From the NCBI RefSeq assembly GCF_000406145.1, contig NZ_CM001976.1, positions 1,207,263 through 1,239,262 of the forward strand: a DNA stretch of 32,000 bases, written 5' to 3'. The notes beneath the pieces were generated by a model, which searched no databases, was not told the DNA's origin, and saw nothing but the letters and a program-made list of their open reading frames with translations. Below, piece after piece: positions 28,228 to 32,000 of this stretch. Origin of the DNA: Dickeya dadantii NCPPB 898. GTDB taxonomy: Bacteria; Pseudomonadota; Gammaproteobacteria; Enterobacterales; Enterobacteriaceae. A program made the position numbers and the translations under genes. Within the stretch, counting starts at the first letter, position 1. Every line of letters starts with the position of its first letter.

Positions 28228-28231
28228 ACGG

Positions 28232-28711
28232 TTAATCACGCTTGGCGATATCGGCAAACTGCGCTTTTAACAGCCGGGCCAGGTCGACGGCGGCCAGTTC
28301 AAGGTCTAACCCCCGTTTGCCGCCGGAGATAAAAATCGTGTCGAATTGCTGCGCGCCGTCGTCGATCACGGTGGGCAGCAGTTTTTTCTGCCCCAGCGGG
28401 CTGATGCCGCCCACCAGATAGCCGGTTACGCGCTGGGCGATTTGCGGATCCGCCATATCGGCTTTTTTGGCGGCCAGCGCTTTGGCTACTTTTTTCAGAT
28501 CCAGCTGACTGGCGACCGGGGTGACCGCCACCGCCAGCTGTTTGGCATCGCCGTTGAGCGATACCAGCAGGGTTTTGTAGACCTGCTGTTTGTCCAGCCC
28601 CAGCTTGCGGGCGGCTTCTTCGCCGAAATTGGTTTCATCTGCATCATGATGGTAGCTGTGAAGCGTAAAAGCGACTTTTTGCTTCTCAAGCAGTTTTACT
28701 GCGGGCGTCAT
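28232..28711 (-). CDS. ybaK: Cys-tRNA(Pro)/Cys-tRNA(Cys) deacylase YbaK
   Basis: From the ATG at 28711 the protein begins [23 protein letters not shown]..., giving 159 aa collinear with E. coli YbaK, including [19 protein letters not shown] lies upstream. The ORF-track TTG at 28732 overlaps ybaP and is unlikely. Confidence 0.93.
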   Translation of the reverse strand: MTPAVKLLEKQKVAFTLHSYHHDADETNFGEEAARKLGLDKQQVYKTLLVSLNGDAKQLAVAVTPVASQLDLKKVAKALAAKKADMADPQIAQRVTGYLVGGISPLGQKKLLPTVIDDGAQQFDTIFISGGKRGLDLELAAVDLARLLKAQFADIAKRD

Positions 28712-28728
28712 AATGTACTGTCCTTGCT

Positions 28729-29541
28729 TCAAAAGGTAGCCGTATGGGCCTGTAACAAGTCGGGCAGGTTGTTTTCACCGTATAAATGCAGTGCGCCGAC
28801 AGACACCACATAATTCCCCTGCGGCAGCGCAGCCAGTTGCTGCTGCCAGCGTTGATTCCGGTGATTCATCAGCATTTCCGTTATCTCGTTGCTGAAGGTG
28901 GGCGGCACGTTATCCGCCCAGGTCGGTTTGTGACTGAGCCACCAACTGACCATGGTTTGTAACAGGCGCGCGTTGGTATGCCAGTGGGTCAGCGTGTCTT
29001 CCAACAACGGCAGGCCGCCCTGCGGCAGTTGCAGCAGCATGTCGATCTGCGCCTGCTGGCCTTCCAGTTCGATGATATCCACCCCTTTGTCCCGGGCGGC
29101 GTTAATCAACTGGTAATCAATGCCGTAATCCGGACGCAGACCCAGCATCATGGCCTGACGCGCCTGTAACATCAGCGCTGCCTGCCAGGCCGGCACGCGA
29201 TCAAGGCTGTCGTAGTTGAACGATAATTCACGGCATAACCGCTGCAAGCGCTGCAACGTGGCGTCGTCCAGACGCTCCGCTAGCGGCGGTTCGGCGCCTA
29301 CTGGGTCAAACGGCGAATCGCCGCCGGAAATGTCGGCCTCCACGATCAGCGCCGTCGCCTGCTCCAACCGTGCCAGCAATTCAGGCGGTAGAGGAAACAT
29401 ATCCACCGTACCCATGTGAATACTGCCCACCAAATGGAACCGGCGTTGATTGACGAGCTCGACGTCCAACGCCGGGTAACGGTAACCCGCGGGCGAGAGA
29501 AGGCCGAGGAACGTTGCAATCTGGTGTATCAACCGTTTCAT
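28729..29541 (-). CDS. ybaP: TraB/GumN-family protein YbaP
   Basis: 270-aa ORF containing [69 protein letters not shown]. Collinear with E. coli YbaP as recalled. It lies 17 nt upstream of ybaK on the same strand. Confidence 0.85.
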   Translation of the reverse strand: MKRLIHQIATFLGLLSPAGYRYPALDVELVNQRRFHLVGSIHMGTVDMFPLPPELLARLEQATALIVEADISGGDSPFDPVGAEPPLAERLDDATLQRLQRLCRELSFNYDSLDRVPAWQAALMLQARQAMMLGLRPDYGIDYQLINAARDKGVDIIELEGQQAQIDMLLQLPQGGLPLLEDTLTHWHTNARLLQTMVSWWLSHKPTWADNVPPTFSNEITEMLMNHRNQRWQQQLAALPQGNYVVSVGALHLYGENNLPDLLQAHTATF

Positions 29542-29764
29542 ATCGACGTCTCCGGTAGTGGCGACTCAGGACGTTATCCTGCAATCGGGCGTCGCGCAGT
29601 TGCAGGACGTGCGTTTTCGCGTCGTCAGGTCTCTATGCTAAACGGTTCAGCCAGCAAGTTGTATCGCTAATTAGGAATGCGTTCGCTAAGTGCCGCAGGA
29701 CGTAAGCGGTGGAAAGCGGCGCGATGTCCAGGAGGGAACACCGCGCCGTGGTAGAAAGCCGAAC

Positions 29765-32000
29765 TCAGTCGCGTCTGGCTGGCGCGTCGGCTGGGGTGAA
29801 ACGCAGCAATCGGTTGGCGTTGCTCACCACGGTAATGGATGAGAGCGCCATGGCCGCTCCCGCTACCACCGGGCTTAGCAGGGTGTCGGTCAACGGGTAG
29901 AGCACACCGGCGGCGATTGGAATGCCAAGCGTGTTGTAGACAAAGGCCCCCAACAGGTTCTGCTTCATGTTGCTCAGCGTGGCGCGGGAAAGCGCCAGCG
30001 CATCGGCGACGCCGTGCAAACTGTGGCGCATCAGCGTCATGGCGGCGGTTTCCACGGCGATATCGCTGCCGCCGCCCATGGCGATCCCCACGTCGGCCTG
30101 CGCCAGCGCCGGCGCGTCGTTGATACCGTCGCCAATCATGGCGACCCGTTTTCCCAGTGATTGCAGATGGCGAATGGCGTCCGCTTTGCCGTCCGGCAGT
30201 ACCCCGGCGATGATCTGATCGATGCCGGCTTCGCGGGCAATGGCCTGGGCCGTCGTCGGATTATCGCCGGTCAACATCACCAACTGATAGCCCTGACGGT
30301 GCAGCCGTTGTAATGCGCTGATGCTGTCCTGACGCAGGGTGTCCTGCACTGAAAACAGCGCCGCCACCTGACCGTTCGCTACCAGCAGCACCGGCGTCAT
30401 GCCGAGCGCCGACTGGTTCTCCAGCCAGTCGCGCGGCGAGTTTTCGCCGCCAGCCAGCGGGATCTGGTGCTGCGCCAGCAGCGCCGGGTTGCCGAGCAGC
30501 AGCGACGCGCCGTCGACCTGACCGCTGACGCCCAAACCGGGCAGGGTGCGGAATTGCGTGACGTCGCCCAGTTCTACGCCATCAGCTCGCTGAACAATCG
30601 CCAGCGCCAGCGGGTGGCTGGCTCCCTGTTCCAGCGACGCGGCCCAGCGCAGCGCCTGCGATTCGCTGATATCGCCAAAGGTGTGGATCGCCACTACGCG
30701 CGGTTTGCCTTCCGTCAACGTTCCGGTTTTATCGAATACCAGCACGTCAAGCTGGCTGGCTTGTTGCAGCGCATCGGCGTCCCGCACCAGTACGCCCAGC
30801 TCAGCAGCCCGCCCGACGCCGGAGATAATCGACATCGGCGTCGCCAGCCCCAGCGCGCAAGGACAGGCGATGATCAGCACCGTAGTCACAATCACCAGCG
30901 TGTACACGATATGGGGCGCCGGGCCGACAACGTACCAGATGGCGCCGCTCAGCAGCGCTATCGCCACTACCACCGGTACGAAGACGGCGGAAATCCGGTC
31001 GGCCAACTGGCCTATCGCCGGTTTGCTGCTCTGCGCCTGGCGCACCAGATGAATGATGCGCGCCAGCGTGGTCTGATTACCGATCGCGCCTGCACGTAAC
31101 GTGGCGCTGCCGTCCTGCACCTGGGTTCCGGCGTGCACCTTGTCGCCGGCCGCTTTCTGTTGCGGGATCGGCTCGCCGGTGAGCATGGCTTCGTCAATCC
31201 ACAGCTCCCCCTGTTCAAGCAGGCCATCCACCGGAATGCGGTCGCCGGTGGTCAGCCGCAGCGCCATGCCGGTTTGCACCTCTGCCAGCGGAATAACGCG
31301 GTCGCCTTGCGGCGTCACCAGCCGCGCGGTCGGCGGCGTCAAATCCAGCAGGCGTTCCAGCGCCTGAGAGGAACGCTGACGGGCACCTTGTTCCAGAGCG
31401 TGGCCGAGATTGATCAGGCCGATAATCATGGCGCTGGCTTCGTAATAAAGATGACGCGCTTCCATCGGGAACCACGCCGGCCACAGGTTGACGGTAATGG
31501 AGTAAAGCCAGGCGGCGCCGGTGCCGAGCGCGACCAGCGTATCCATGGTCGCGCTGCGGTTTATCAGGCTACGCCAGGCATTGCGATAGAAATGCCCGCC
31601 GGCGGCGATCATGACCGCCAGCGTCAGCCCACCGACCAATAACCACCCGGAGCGGTTGTCGTCGGTGAGCATCATGTTATCGCCGATCATACCCCAGACC
31701 ATCAGCGGGATACCGAGCGCCAGCCCCAGTGCGGCCTGCCAGCGAAAACGTCGGATAGCCTGACGAGACGTTTGCTCCTGCCGGGCGCGCCGCTCGGCTT
31801 CATCAAGAATGATTTCTGCGCCGTAGCCTGCGTTTTGTACTGCATCGATCAGCGCCTGATGCGGCATGTCGCCGCTGACCAGCGCGCTGCGCTCGGCCAG
31901 ATTGACGCGCGCCTGCGTAACGCCGGGGACGCTTTGCAGCGCCCGCTGTACCCGGCTGACGCAACTGGCGCAGCTCATGCCGCTCAGCAACAGTTGGACG
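29765..32000 (-). CDS. copA: Copper-exporting P1B-type ATPase CopA (N-terminus beyond the window end)
   Basis: The reading frame is open to the window edge. It shows the metal-binding motif GMSCASC, the TM6 CPC motif ([13 protein letters not shown]), the phosphorylation site FDKTGTLT, and the HP and GDGINDAP motifs. Only the C-terminal 745 or so codons are in the window. Confidence 0.95.
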   Translation of the reverse strand, partial: VQLLLSGMSCASCVSRVQRALQSVPGVTQARVNLAERSALVSGDMPHQALIDAVQNAGYGAEIILDEAERRARQEQTSRQAIRRFRWQAALGLALGIPLMVWGMIGDNMMLTDDNRSGWLLVGGLTLAVMIAAGGHFYRNAWRSLINRSATMDTLVALGTGAAWLYSITVNLWPAWFPMEARHLYYEASAMIIGLINLGHALEQGARQRSSQALERLLDLTPPTARLVTPQGDRVIPLAEVQTGMALRLTTGDRIPVDGLLEQGELWIDEAMLTGEPIPQQKAAGDKVHAGTQVQDGSATLRAGAIGNQTTLARIIHLVRQAQSSKPAIGQLADRISAVFVPVVVAIALLSGAIWYVVGPAPHIVYTLVIVTTVLIIACPCALGLATPMSIISGVGRAAELGVLVRDADALQQASQLDVLVFDKTGTLTEGKPRVVAIHTFGDISESQALRWAASLEQGASHPLALAIVQRADGVELGDVTQFRTLPGLGVSGQVDGASLLLGNPALLAQHQIPLAGGENSPRDWLENQSALGMTPVLLVANGQVAALFSVQDTLRQDSISALQRLHRQGYQLVMLTGDNPTTAQAIAREAGIDQIIAGVLPDGKADAIRHLQSLGKRVAMIGDGINDAPALAQADVGIAMGGGSDIAVETAAMTLMRHSLHGVADALALSRATLSNMKQNLLGAFVYNTLGIPIAAGVLYPLTDTLLSPVVAGAAMALSSITVVSNANRLLRFTPADAPARRD

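Noticed and set aside
28712-28728. Expected ChiX (SroB/MicM) sRNA, which in E. coli lies in the ybaK-ybaP intergenic region
   Set aside because: Only 17 nt, containing the ybaK Shine-Dalgarno sequence, separate ybaP and ybaK here. There is no room for an sRNA gene, so ChiX, if present in this genome, is elsewhere.

Overview
This window is GC-rich enterobacterial chromosome. The GH28 pectinase gene with a KdgR-type operator suggests a soft-rot Dickeya/Pectobacteriaceae-like organism, but that is inference. The window is collinear with the E. coli K-12 b0462-b0484 region: acrB-acrA / acrR-mscK / ybaM-priC / ybaN-apt-dnaX-ybaB-recR-htpG-adk-hemH / ybaL / ushA / ybaK-ybaP-copA. copA is cut by the window end. 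Most of it is ordinary core genome. Several textbook cis-elements can be read directly: the AcrR operator palindrome, the dnaX -1 frameshift cassette, a near-consensus sigma32 promoter for htpG, and several hairpin terminators. Differences from the E. coli order, recalled from memory: (i) miaE lies between priC and ybaN; (ii) aes, gsk, fsr and ybaQ are absent; (iii) about 5.5 kb of accessory DNA (22716-28231) sits between ushA and ybaK. That accessory block has a roughly 2.1 kb AT-rich stretch with two orphan ORFs, one of them a small secreted 4-Cys protein. It also has a 17-bp x3 tandem repeat and a diverged second copy of the ushA terminator hairpin. After that come an sCache_2-type methyl-accepting chemotaxis protein, a 16-bp x3 tandem repeat that begins 1 nt before the MCP stop codon and includes it, and a GH28 polygalacturonase-family gene preceded by a KdgR-like box. 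I found no tRNA, rRNA, CRISPR array, transposase, integrase or recognisable defence or toxin system. I cannot support a claim of a new multi-gene system here. The most unusual material is the ushA-ybaK insert and its repeats. Many long ORFs in the six-frame track are antisense shadows of real genes in GC-rich DNA.
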